Below the pieces are notes generated by a model. The model had not been told where the DNA came from and made no database searches. It saw nothing but the letters and a program-made list of their open reading frames with translations. This document shows positions 19,925 through 32,100 of a stretch of DNA of 64,000 nt, piece after piece. Within the stretch, counting starts at the first letter, position 1; each line of letters begins with the position of its first letter. The DNA is taken from positions 248,001-312,000 of IMG/VR virus record IMGVR_UViG_3300032236_001613, one strand, 5' to 3'. The position numbers and the translations under genes are program-made.

Positions 19925-21841
19925 TTATAACGTTATATCTGCGTTATTCCATGTCCATGCACCGAAAGTTACTACATATTCTTTAATTTTTACGTAAGTA
20001 ATACTAATACTTTGATTTACAACAGTAAAACTACCTGCAACGTCAGTAACAACTTGTTGTGAATTTGGTACTCCACCTTTATCAACTGTGGTTTTTGCAG
20101 TACTAACATTAACAAATGTAGTTGGGATAGTAACTGCTGAAGTAAAGCAAATTATTCTTGCTCTCGCTCCATCAGGTAGATCATAATATGGTTGTCCAGG
20201 ATTAGTAACAGGATATAGTTGTCCTAAATATGCTGCAATTATTGAGTTTTCGTTTGGACCCATTCCGGTTATATCTAAACTTAATGCAAAGCCTCTTGTT
20301 CCAACTAAATGATAAAGGTTGTCTACATATTTTTTATTAGCAGCATCAAAGTCACTTGTACATGTCGAAACGCTAGTTATTCTTGCATTTCCTACATCAA
20401 CTACTCCAGTTCCGGCAGCGTGTATATTAAGATCTACATTAGAGCCAACGAAAGGAGGAACAACTGAGATCGCTCCAGATGTTATACTAATATTAGTTAC
20501 AGTTAGATAATCTAATACTCCGAGTTCTGTTACGCCCGGTGCTTTTGTTATTGTTAACCCTAAACTTGTTGAGTTAATAACAGAAACACCACCAATTAAA
20601 TAAGAAGAAGTTGAATTAACTAAATTAAAATTATCATCAACTTGCCACGATTTTAATGAATTGCTCCAATTTAAATTATGATCTCTAGAGCCAATTAATG
20701 TAATACCTCCACCATCGGCAAACGTATCACTAGGTGATGCTTGTCCGTATGCTAATTGAATATTCTTATCTTTAACTTCTAAATTACTAGTTTGAACATT
20801 AGTTGTAGTTCCGTATACTGTTAAATTCCCTGATATCGAAATATCTTTAGCAACTGATAGTGATCCAGTTAATGTTACATCACTATTAATCTTTACAAAT
20901 GTAGGTATTGAAAGATCTGGAAATAGTGAAATACTGGGCTTAGAATAAGTTAAATCATTAGGATTAATTCTTACCGCAGTATAATAACCAGGAACTAATG
21001 TACTATTTGATCTAATATCAAAAGGTGCATTACTAATATTACTTGTAAGTACACTTGAATTGTTTGTTGAAGTTAACGATATATTATTATTTGCACCAAC
21101 AATTATTCCATTATCTGATAAAATATCAAGTCTTTTTGTCGTGTATTGAGAACTAGTTGTTGGATTAATTTGTAAGAAATTATCAGTTAAATAATTTGTA
21201 ATCGAACTAACAGAGTCCGCCATTGTAGCTGTTCCTACAAATCTTATATTAGGTATGGATGTATTAAGATTTATACCAGGCTGTACGGATGTCATTCCAT
21301 TGAACGAAGTTGCAAATGTAAACGAACCGGTAGATGCAATAGCTACTAATTGGTTATTGCTATATAAGCTAGCAACAATATTAGTGTTACTGTTTGTATC
21401 AATGATATAATCTGTTTGTACTCTTGATGATGCAGTAGTGACCGGAGCCGGAGGTCCTGCTAATGTAAAATTTCTACCGTCGGTTGTAAAGTATAATAAC
21501 TTATTAACTGTATCAATCCACAAATCACCAGCATTAGTAGTAGTCGGTTCGGTTGGAGATAATTGTGCCGACGATACAGATTTGAAAACATTGTCGAGAC
21601 TGTAGACATATAGTCTTCCGTCTTGTCTGTTATACCACAACTGCCCGTATAAAGGCGATCTTGGTTCTACTCCGTCAGAAGAAAAATTCTCCAACATTGC
21701 AACAAGATTATCATTGTAATACTGCCCATAAGCATTTACATTTTTACCTATTAAAGTTAAACTTGTGGCTAATTGGTCAACTGTACCATCGGCTAAAGTA
21801 AGTAAAACTGTTCCATCTGAATTTTTTATTGTATATGCCAT
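19925..21841 (-). CDS. Tail fibre-like virion protein (paralog 2)
   Basis: Shared N-terminal module; DAANKKYVD motif; GNLTVYGTTT beta repeats. Confidence 0.7.
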   Translation of the reverse strand: MAYTIKNSDGTVLLTLADGTVDQLATSLTLIGKNVNAYGQYYNDNLVAMLENFSSDGVEPRSPLYGQLWYNRQDGRLYVYSLDNVFKSVSSAQLSPTEPTTTNAGDLWIDTVNKLLYFTTDGRNFTLAGPPAPVTTASSRVQTDYIIDTNSNTNIVASLYSNNQLVAIASTGSFTFATSFNGMTSVQPGINLNTSIPNIRFVGTATMADSVSSITNYLTDNFLQINPTTSSQYTTKRLDILSDNGIIVGANNNISLTSTNNSSVLTSNISNAPFDIRSNSTLVPGYYTAVRINPNDLTYSKPSISLFPDLSIPTFVKINSDVTLTGSLSVAKDISISGNLTVYGTTTNVQTSNLEVKDKNIQLAYGQASPSDTFADGGGITLIGSRDHNLNWSNSLKSWQVDDNFNLVNSTSSYLIGGVSVINSTSLGLTITKAPGVTELGVLDYLTVTNISITSGAISVVPPFVGSNVDLNIHAAGTGVVDVGNARITSVSTCTSDFDAANKKYVDNLYHLVGTRGFALSLDITGMGPNENSIIAAYLGQLYPVTNPGQPYYDLPDGARARIICFTSAVTIPTTFVNVSTAKTTVDKGGVPNSQQVVTDVAGSFTVVNQSISITYVKIKEYVVTFGAWTWNNADITL

Positions 21842-21846
21842 AATTT

Positions 21847-22476
21847 TTAAGTCTTAATTATATAGGTTAACGCAGTCGAAGTATTTGAAGCAAATAATGT
21901 TTCGGTTAAATTTGGAACATTAAAATAGTCGGTTGCAGCTGAACCAAATTTTTCACCGATGATATTATGTAAATCAGGATAAGAATATCTATAATAAGAT
22001 GCTCCATTGCAAAATAACCATCCTCCTGGAGGAGATATATCAGCTGCTGGCCACGATAAAATCATTCCTGGTTGAGGAGTGACTACGTCGGATAAAAAAT
22101 TAGATTTTGTAATATTATACGCTTGCCCGTTATCTGATACAGGCATTAATGCATTTTGGCTAACAGAATTAGTGTTTGGTAAAGAAGTAATAGAATCCGT
22201 ATTTAGAGAAACAATCGGATTCCACTTTAACCCGTCAAAATAATTTAAAACACTATTTCCTGAATCATACCATAACTGCCCAGTAGTTGGGTTATTAGGT
22301 GACGTTGGACTAGAAAAATTTTCTAATAGATGCAGAAAATTACTAGCAAAAGTCTGTCCATAATTAGGATAATTCCTTCCTATTAAAGATAAACTAGTGT
22401 CTGTAACATTTACACTTCCCTCGGGTATTGTTACACTTGGTTGTGTAGGATCTGATCTATTAACTATATAATCCAT
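21847..22476 (-). CDS. Short fibre protein with tail-collar domain (paralog 1)
   Basis: Shared N-terminal module followed by PGMILSWP...PPGGWLFCNG...YPDL...IG..FG...FNVPNL collar motif. Confidence 0.8.
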   Translation of the reverse strand: MDYIVNRSDPTQPSVTIPEGSVNVTDTSLSLIGRNYPNYGQTFASNFLHLLENFSSPTSPNNPTTGQLWYDSGNSVLNYFDGLKWNPIVSLNTDSITSLPNTNSVSQNALMPVSDNGQAYNITKSNFLSDVVTPQPGMILSWPAADISPPGGWLFCNGASYYRYSYPDLHNIIGEKFGSAATDYFNVPNLTETLFASNTSTALTYIIKT

Positions 22477-22478
22477 AA

Positions 22479-23147
22479 TTAGCTTCCATTAGTTAAACTT
22501 TGTATTCTAACTGTATAATCAATCTGTATTAGTCTGTTTAATGCCTTTTGAACCGGATGAAAAATCACATGCGTTAATAACGGTCCAGTATTTTCACCTG
22601 CAGGATTATATCCTTTGAGTCCTAATTCATCAAAAACAAAATTGTTTGTATTACTTACACTAGCATCAAATGCAGGTTGCCCTGCTGGTTCGCCGTAATC
22701 TAACAGACAACTTACTAACACATCAGAGTAATACGTGCCTGGTACGTGCCTTACTTCCATAAAATTCCTTGAAGGATCTAAATCATAAGGATTATTAGCG
22801 TCAACAACTTTATAATACGTTTGATTATAAAGAGCTGCATTTGAACCTACATTGTTAGGTGTTAGATAGGTAATAATACCTGTAGGGTCTATTCTACTAC
22901 CACCATTACCAAATGCCATTTCTGAAATAAAATTTTGACCCAAATTAGCTACACTATTAGCTAAAGAAATAGAAAAGTTTTCGTAATGAATTGCGTTTCT
23001 TTTATCTACGAAAATTTCTTTAGTAGTCGGATCGTAAATTTTTATGTGGCCCTGAATACGTAATGCTCCTGTTTCATTAGGTTTTTCATTAGTTGGCGTT
23101 GGTGTTTGCATAAATTTCTTCATATTTTTGTTATTAGAATTGTCCAT
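22479..23147 (-). CDS. Virion structural protein (baseplate/fibre attachment)
   Basis: MAFGNGG, FDELGL, HPVQK..NR.IQIDYTVRI; located between the giant baseplate gene and the fibres. Confidence 0.65.
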   Translation of the reverse strand: MDNSNNKNMKKFMQTPTPTNEKPNETGALRIQGHIKIYDPTTKEIFVDKRNAIHYENFSISLANSVANLGQNFISEMAFGNGGSRIDPTGIITYLTPNNVGSNAALYNQTYYKVVDANNPYDLDPSRNFMEVRHVPGTYYSDVLVSCLLDYGEPAGQPAFDASVSNTNNFVFDELGLKGYNPAGENTGPLLTHVIFHPVQKALNRLIQIDYTVRIQSLTNGS

Positions 23148-26100
23148 AGTAATATTTATCAGGGAATGTACTTGGGTTATCCTGCAAGAATGTAGAGAAT
23201 AAACTATTGTCGTTAAGTACAGAAGTTCCGGTATTTCTATACATATTATTGATTGCTAACCTTTGAACTAACATAATTTCTGTACCTGTTTTAATATTAG
23301 GCAAATTAAGAGTCAATGTTGCAGTGCTTATACTTCCATTAGAAACAATACCTGAAATAGTGAATTCTTCTGGATAGTAATCTAATCCGCTGTAAATATA
23401 TCCATTTACTGCATTTGTAAGCTTAGAATTAGTATATACCCAGACCTGATTAGTCGAAGTTACTAAGTAAGCATCGTTTACAAATTTTGTTAAAACTAAT
23501 GTACTAGTAGTACTCGTCGTTCCTAACAGATTAATATCTCCGCTATCATAACTTATATCAGTATTTTGTTTATAAATTCCGGCTTTTCTTAACAACTTTC
23601 CGCCATAATATACTAACAATTGATCTGCTGCAGTTGCAGTAGTTAACAGTGTTCCGTTTATTACATAAGAAATGGCATTAGTAGCAGTTAATTTTTGTTT
23701 TACAAATGTCTCTTGATACGGAGCATTTTGCTTATAACTTTGGTCTATAACTGCTGTTCCTACAAGATATGCATCTTTTGGCCCAGTACCGAGCGAACCG
23801 CGACGTAAATCGCTTAATTCATTACCGTTAATTGTCAAATATTCAATCCATTCGCCATCAATTAACACAGCTCCGGGTATTTTTTTAGCTAAATTTGGTT
23901 CAGCTAACACGCTGCCGTCTTGTACAACAATTTTTGTAGATGTCGAATATAAAGTCTCAGCTAGATAAGTTGTATTACCTTTGCTAATTCGTTTAAATTG
24001 ATTACGTCCTAATAAATCAGTAAAAACTCTATAACCTACACTATTTTTTTCTATAGTATTATCAGACATACTCATAATCGATACTAACTGATTTGGTATA
24101 TATGGATAATCTTCTCTGAGAACAACCATAGTTCCTGTATCATCGAGATAAAAATCAACAGTATTAATTAATGGACTATTACCGATAGTTACCCAAATGT
24201 ATCTCGAATTTAATAGTTTTCTAGTAAGAGGATATTTTCCTGAAGGTCTTGAAAGGTAAGTTTCTTCTCTAATTAAACTAGTATCACCGTCAGTAAAATC
24301 GATAACTTTGAGTAAATCATTAACTTGATAATTCGCAGTTGGTTTGATGTAAACATATCCATTAGCAAAATAATAATCGCTAAAAGTATGATTAGTGATT
24401 GCCATTGCATCGCCTGTTTGTAAGAACCCAGGTTTAAACAATATTTGATTGCTATCTTGGTCTAACACAAAATCTATACCGTTTCTTAACTTGATTCCGT
24501 TTACATAAACCTCTAAATGTGCAAGATCAAATGTTCCTGGAGGATAATTATTAGCCGGATCAATTAAAAATGCAGTTTCTCCGGCAGATACTGAATAATA
24601 TACAGTGCTAGGAGACATTAATCGTCTATTATTAATTTCTACAATAGCTTGCGAGTTAGCTGATCCGTGTTTTCCTGGATAAATTGTTAACAGATAACTT
24701 GTTGTAACACCATCGCCAACAAATGTCTGTTCATTTACCGTACTAAATTTATTTCCTCCACTAGTGAAGGACCAAGCTTGCAATGTATAATTTCCAAGAG
24801 CTAAGTTACTTACATATAAGCGTCCTCTTGATAAAGTATATTCCGTAGTTGATAATCTTCTACCATTTAATGTTGCATAAATGCTGCCAATTTCGTTAAT
24901 TGTGCCAACATGCACACTTAATGCTGTTACATTAGAACCATTAGCGTAGTCATAGTAATTAAACTGATACCCTCCGACTCCAATCACAGAAACGCCCAAT
25001 ATACCAGTAATTGGTTGAGGATTGACTATTACATCTTGATTGATAAAGTCAATAGTATAATCTCGCCCATAAGTTAAAACTGTATCGTTATAATACACCA
25101 TTGTCGATGCTGTATTTGGAGGCAACATCGGTAACGCAACTATTGTATTTGTAACAGTTTGATTAATTTGAATAACTGATTGGGTGATCATCGGACTACC
25201 ACTTTCGGCTCTAGTGTAAACACTAATTCCAACACTTTCGTACATTTCACCTTTAATTTGCTCTTCTGGAGCATAGCTAGTGTATATTGATACAAATTTA
25301 TCAGCATCAATGATAGTGTCGCTAGGGTTAACTCCGGCAGCAGTCGTATATGATAAATTACCACCATCTAAAATAGTATCTAATACACCCGGAGTAGTAT
25401 TGTATTCCCAAAATTCTAATCTAACTGTATTTGATATTATCTGATCTGCGGTAGATGTACTAAAAATAACACTGTTAGATAGTGTGTTAATACCTGTTAC
25501 AACTACGTTTGATGATAAAAACTTATTATTATTTGTAGTTAACGTAGTTAGTGCTACGGTAGTTACACGTAACCCTGCGGTAATTCCTTGCAATGTGTTT
25601 ACAACTAATGTATCTGTACCTGTTGCTGCAGTTGTTATTACAGTTGCTGTAGTATAGAAATTTGAATCATCGCCATATAATGACTTACCAAATGGTGCCA
25701 TATCCCAGTTTGTGGTATAATCAAACTCCAATCCTTGAATTTGAGATCCAGGAAACTCAACACCGCTCATCAATTGAGCAAGATCGTTACCAGGCATACC
25801 TACTGTCGGAGAATAATAATTCTGTATTCGATCTACTGCATGGAATAATTCAATATTTTTATTATAGGAAATTACTAATGTCGTTCCAGTTGAAGGAATT
25901 GAATTTAAAACAATGTTAGAGAATAACTTATGATACCCGTTGACAACTTTTTTATATGTATCAATTGAATACTCTGTAGCTAATATTCTGTGTCCTGTAC
26001 TAGTTGTATTATATAATGTAACTTCTATATTTGCTTTTTTATTTTCAGCTGCCCAACTTAAAGGAAAATTGTAAGTACGATTGTCGCCTTTGAAACTTTC

Positions 26101-29100
26101 TGTTACTCTTTGATTGCTGATTTCGTTATTAACAGTAATTCTATCAAATTTTAATCCAATAGTATTAGTTCTTACTTTTCCGTTAGCCATTCTTGCATAC
26201 GCAGTTGCTGGAACTAACAAGGTCGACCCTCCGCCGAGGATAACAATACTTGGTGTTTTAGTATAACCACTACCAGAATTAGTAATTTTTATTGAAGTAA
26301 CTTTTCCTAAAGATATTAAAGCTTCAGCAGTAGCACCAGAACCTGTGTCACCGGGTGCAGTAATAATTTCAACTGTAGGTACAGATGTATACCCGCTACC
26401 ATGAGAAGATACTACAGCACTTTCGACAAATAATTTATAATTATCATACCATGATTTCCATGGATATGTGCTTAGTAATGCATCGCCTTCGACTACTGAT
26501 ATAAAAGAGTTAGAGCCTTTATCGTAGTAACTAGGAGAATCGAAGTCAGTAATATACGAATTAGTAGATTCTACAACATCGTAATTAACTTGATAATTTC
26601 TTATTTTTGTATGATAAGGTTTAACTTCCTTTATATAATTCTCGTAGTATTCACTATTTTGGAATTTATAAACATGTCGCTGATCTAAACTGCCTGCTAA
26701 GTTCTTAACATTAATAAAGGTAGTTTTAAACGCCCAATCTAAGAATTTTTGTTCACTGAGAGCATACTTAACTGCTTTGAAGAAGAAATAATTCCAGTAA
26801 ATCTTAAGAGACCCTACAAATATATCGTCTTTGAGAGCTGTTAAAATATTTAAAAGTGGTCTTTCTGGGGTTTGATCGTATAAAGTTTGATCATAGGTGT
26901 AATGGTAATCAAAATTATACCAATTATCCTTAGTATTCCATAAACTACTACTTAACTGTATTGTTCCTTTTTCGCTTAGTACTAAATCGTAATCGTTATC
27001 GTAGGTTCCATTACCATTGACTCTTTGTAAAATAATGTATCTACCATTACCTTGATTGAGAACTTTTACATAATCACCTAAACTTACTGTAACTGTTTCT
27101 AGTGCGTACGGTTCAGGAACTGTAATTAGCGGCTTCAAAGGATCGTAGTTAGTGCTAGTCCAATCAACATACGACCAATATTGTGTGGTGTCATAATCTT
27201 GTGTATGTCTTTTAATCCATTTTTTATTAGATAGCTCGTACTTGGCCCACAAATTATTACTATTAATATCAGATTCTACAATAACTGTATAAGGTCTTAC
27301 TAAAAGAGTAGGTGCTACTGTAAACACACTACCAGGATTTTCAATTTCAACAGAAATAATTTCCCCATTTTGATTTATTAATGTTTTAATACTTGCATTT
27401 GAAACTAAATCATTATTTCCTGGAATTATTTCTACGTTTGGCCCGGCCCACGAAATTGCATTTCCGTAAATATCTAGCCCGACTGGTAATAATGCACCAA
27501 ACCCGTACCCTGGATTATCAATATTAATTGATGTTATCTTTCCATTAGTAATCGAGCATGATAAGGCAGCATCTTTTTTATCTACAACAACTAAACTTGT
27601 TAAACTATCGTAATCAGATAGTAATAAATCATATTCTCTAGAATAGACATCTGGAATTTCTTCTTTAGAATTTAAATTTCTAAAATTAGCTGAATAAGAA
27701 ATTAAATATTTTGAAAATACTCCGTTAACATATTCAATAGCATTTCTTAATGCTTCAGTTCTATTAACAAACATACCCTGTTTTGGTCTAATTTCTATAC
27801 CATACTTTTGTCTATCGCTCAAAGATGGGTCAGGAATTAAATTTCCAAGACTATCTACTCCTACTAAACTATCAATTAGTTTCTTATTAAGCATAGTTGT
27901 AGGCATACTATTAGCATCGCCTTCGCTTAATAACATCCATTCTGTATGTTTATTGATAGAACGATTATAGTAATCTTTTGAAATATTCAGATAGATATTA
28001 TTAGAAACTAAATCATTCTTTATATTAGTTACTGATAAAGAATTCGACGAAAGTATTGATAAAAATTTATTACCGATGCTTGACGGATTAAAAATTATGC
28101 TAGCTACATCGCTTGCTGATATTTTTCTTCCTAACAAGTTTGGAACAATAACAGTATTCTTAACCCAATAGAAATAAACATCTGTAGTTACTCCAGTTTC
28201 GGCATTATAATATTGTTTAACACTTATAATACTATTGTCTGGATACTTAGGTTGACCACTTACTCCTCGGTATAATCCTTCTGTAGTATCAGCTAAAGAA
28301 CTCCATTGGCTAGGAAGATATTCAGTTTTAACCCATTCATATACATCAATGCTTGCCCCTGGGAATATGGATCCCCATGCGTTCTTTCTATATTCTATTT
28401 CGCCCTGTTCGTACCAAACATACTTAACAGTACTTAGATCCCACCATAATTCGCCCACATGGTCTTCAATCCAGCTAGTGTTAGTGTCTACTACTACTCC
28501 CTGGTTTCCGATGCTATATACCGCAGGATCAAAAGCTGTTTTGTATCTAATTTCTTGATCCGCAATTCCGATTATTTTTCCTTTAACTGGATCAATAATA
28601 TCAATATAATCTACAATTTTTTCCGAGAAACTATCAATAGTGATTGCTCTCTTAATTTTATCAAGATCCACTAGTTCATCTTGATATCTATGAACACTCC
28701 AGTTATTTGATGTTAAATCTAATTTATCAAATTCATAAACCACACCGTAGTTTGGTGTAGTTGTTGGAGCTCCGACAAAAATACTTCCATTTGTTATAGC
28801 TAAACTATGTCCATATCCGGACCCACTAACCAATGAAGCAGTATCTTGAAATTCATTTGCTAGTATAAAATTAACATTCTTTCTCTCATAAGAATATACA
28901 CTACCAGAATTTACAATATACTCGATAAACTCTGTAGTTTCATTGTCAAACAATGTTAATCCATTATCAAATGTTGTTGTTAGAGCTTGCTTACCAATAG
29001 TTGATACCAATAATAAATCACCGTGAGTATTAGTTTTAACAGTTGATCCAAAATACATATCAGTATCATCGGTAGGATTGAAAATATAATCTGTTAAATT

Positions 29101-32100
29101 ATATTGTGTTCCATTCCACATATATACAAATACTATTCCGGGACTATGAGTTAGATCTTTAGCAGTTATAGATGAAGCAAAAAGATAAACTCCATTGTCA
29201 GACATTGCAATACTTTGACCAAATTTGTCATTAACAGTACATAAACTAGGGGCATTGATTGTTTGCAGTAATGTATCAGCAGAATATACATAAACTGTCG
29301 AATTGTCCGCATAAGCAATCGCTGTTCTGTCACCTGCAATATTTCCTACTATTTGATAATCTGTGCTAGTTGATGAACTAATTGATAAACTATAACTTGG
29401 AATAATAGTTGCAGTTAATGTTGCAGTTGTTGAGACGTTAATGATATCTAACAATAAATCATAAGCATACACTGTACCGGTACCTGGGGCCCCGACTAAT
29501 AATGTTTTATTTCCGTTAACTGCCTGCTGCGAAAGATAGATAGTGCTGCCGTATCTAGCATTCGAACCAGGATAAACTTCATTATCTAAAATAAAGGTTC
29601 CATCTATACTGTTTATTTGAATTAGATTGGCTGATGGAGCTCCGGCTACAATTACGCTGTAATCCATGTCATAAGATACTGAATACCCAAAGTTAGTTAC
29701 TGTAGAACTAAGTGTACTATTAACTGTTATAAGCCCTATAGGAGTTAAATTTTGTGTTTTGACTCCGTTATAGGCAAACACTGCTCCATAACCTGTTGCT
29801 GGAGTATAATATCCTGGAGCACCTATTATTAATACATCAGCAGTTTCTCTTGATGCAAGACTTTGCCCAAATAGCTGATGTATATGCTGATACCCATTAA
29901 AGATTTCTTTTAATTTTGAATAATTATTCTGTTTTTTATATACAGTCCACTTATCGCTAATTCCATCGCCATTGTCTGCCCAAATAGTATCACCGAATTT
30001 AAATTTGATCTTTTCTTGTAAATCTCTGATAGTATCAAAAGAATTAACTCGGACACTTTCGAATTTAAAGAGTAAAGCTACTGTTGTTGGTAGCGAAGCT
30101 GATGTTAAAGTAGTAGAGACACTAAAACTACTTAAAGACGGTATTCTGGTTATCTCATAAATCCCATCAGTTTCATTATCTAACCCATAAACAGAAACTA
30201 TATCTCCAACAGATAAATTATGCTTATGACTTGTTGTAAAAGTTAACTCCGATGATGGCAATGTTACTGAAGAGCTTAGTACTCGAGTGTTTTGTACAGT
30301 ATACCTATAGACATCCCAACTACCATTATCTTTAAACCCAAGCCAGAATGTATCACCTTCGTTCAAACTACCTATATTGGCAATATCAAATAAACTTGTT
30401 TTATTATAGATTGTTGAAGTTACATCATCTAATCTTACATATCCAGCAACTGGTAATATAATATTATTGTTTCTATAAGTAGAAGAAGTAGTGGTTTCAA
30501 AAACCATTTCGCTATTATAATTTTGACTCTTAATACTTAGATCACTAGGAGTAATATAAGAATTAATGTCGTCAGGAACGGCAGGAGCAGTGTCAACAAA
30601 CTTCACAATTTGACTATTTTCTCTAAAATCAGATTCTCTTAATGGAAATTCGATCTCATTATAAGAATTAAAATTACCATATGATCCGATTCTAAATGCC
30701 CATTCTTCTGTAAACTCAATCTGTCCCTGAAGATTGTGCATGCTAGCTTTAGCCAATTTTTGTATCGAATTTGCTGTGCCTTTCTCCTTAATAAATCCTT
30801 GATAGAATTTATATTGAGCAATAGGATCAACAAAGATATTTGTTAAGTAAAGACGAGGAGTATACCCAGTTAAATGCTGAGCCATCTTTTGTTGGCTTTG
30901 ATCAAAGTTATCAATGTCTAAGCTATAAAAATCTTCAAATTGATTTATTTTGTATTCAAAGTTTGGAAGAAGCTGAGCTACAGGAGCGGATCCTAATAAT
31001 GACCATTGAGTGTAATCAAAATTTAAAGATCCGATAATATTTTGAGTAGCTGAATAATATTTTCCATAGTACTTAACTATGTCGCCTACTGAATAATCAG
31101 TATAATTTGTCCAGTCACTAATTATTGCTTCATCATATATAAATCCAGGACTTAAAAAATCACCATTCCAGTCACTGGTAATAAATCCAGCAAGTTTCAT
31201 TCTGCTTTGTCTATATCCTGTTTTAATATCGTACACAATATCACCGAACATACTTTTGTTATTCATAACAATAACATGTTCTTTTTGTATAAGATTTAAT
31301 CTAGCAAAATAAATTCCTTCCGGTGAATTAAATGATTTAATAGTGCAAACTTGATTTTCTCTACTAAGAGTAAAATTCTTTATAGGGTACGGCGATCCGT
31401 CAGATTTTAACAATGAGTAATCATAAAAACTGTCAAGTACATTATCGACTACAGCATCGGTAAATTGATATTCAATTGTATCCGCAAAAGGACTTAATGT
31501 AATGACAGAACCTGCTGCCCATCCTTGAGTGGTCCAATATAAAAATTCTTTACCACTGAATTTCCAATCAATAACTGCTCCTAAATCTGAGTTAAACTGA
31601 TTAAAAATAAATCCTTGATTAGTTAACCATTGCCCATACCCAACAATAAGATCATAAACTTCTTGTAAAGTTTTATATTGAGTACCGTACGGCACTGAAG
31701 TTACTTCGGAATTAAAATCTAAAGTAGAGAGTACTGTAGCTCCGCCAACTGTTGGTAATCTCGATAACTTAATATAATTTGATGTATTAAAACTAGTGCC
31801 AGAGTTAGCACTGTTTACTACAGTATAAAATACTCCTGAATATTTTACAATTTGTCCTGATTGATAATATGTATTTTCTGTCCATGTTAGATAAGCTGAG
31901 GATTTTCCACCAACGTTAACAACACTATCATTATTTCTATGTCTAGGAGCGTTGATATTAAAGAAAGCATTTTGTCTATCGTATCCTTTAACAGTAAAAT
32001 ACCCATCACCTTTTTCAATTATTATTCCAGATATTGAAACAGATTTAATAGGATTACTAGTGTTAAACAATAATGTATAATCTTCATTAGGTAGAAGTAC

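Noticed and set aside
16867-22476. Diversity-generating retroelement or invertible fibre cassette
   Set aside because: No reverse transcriptase, invertase, or near-identical TR/VR nucleotide repeats were seen; paralog similarity is at the protein level and N-terminal.
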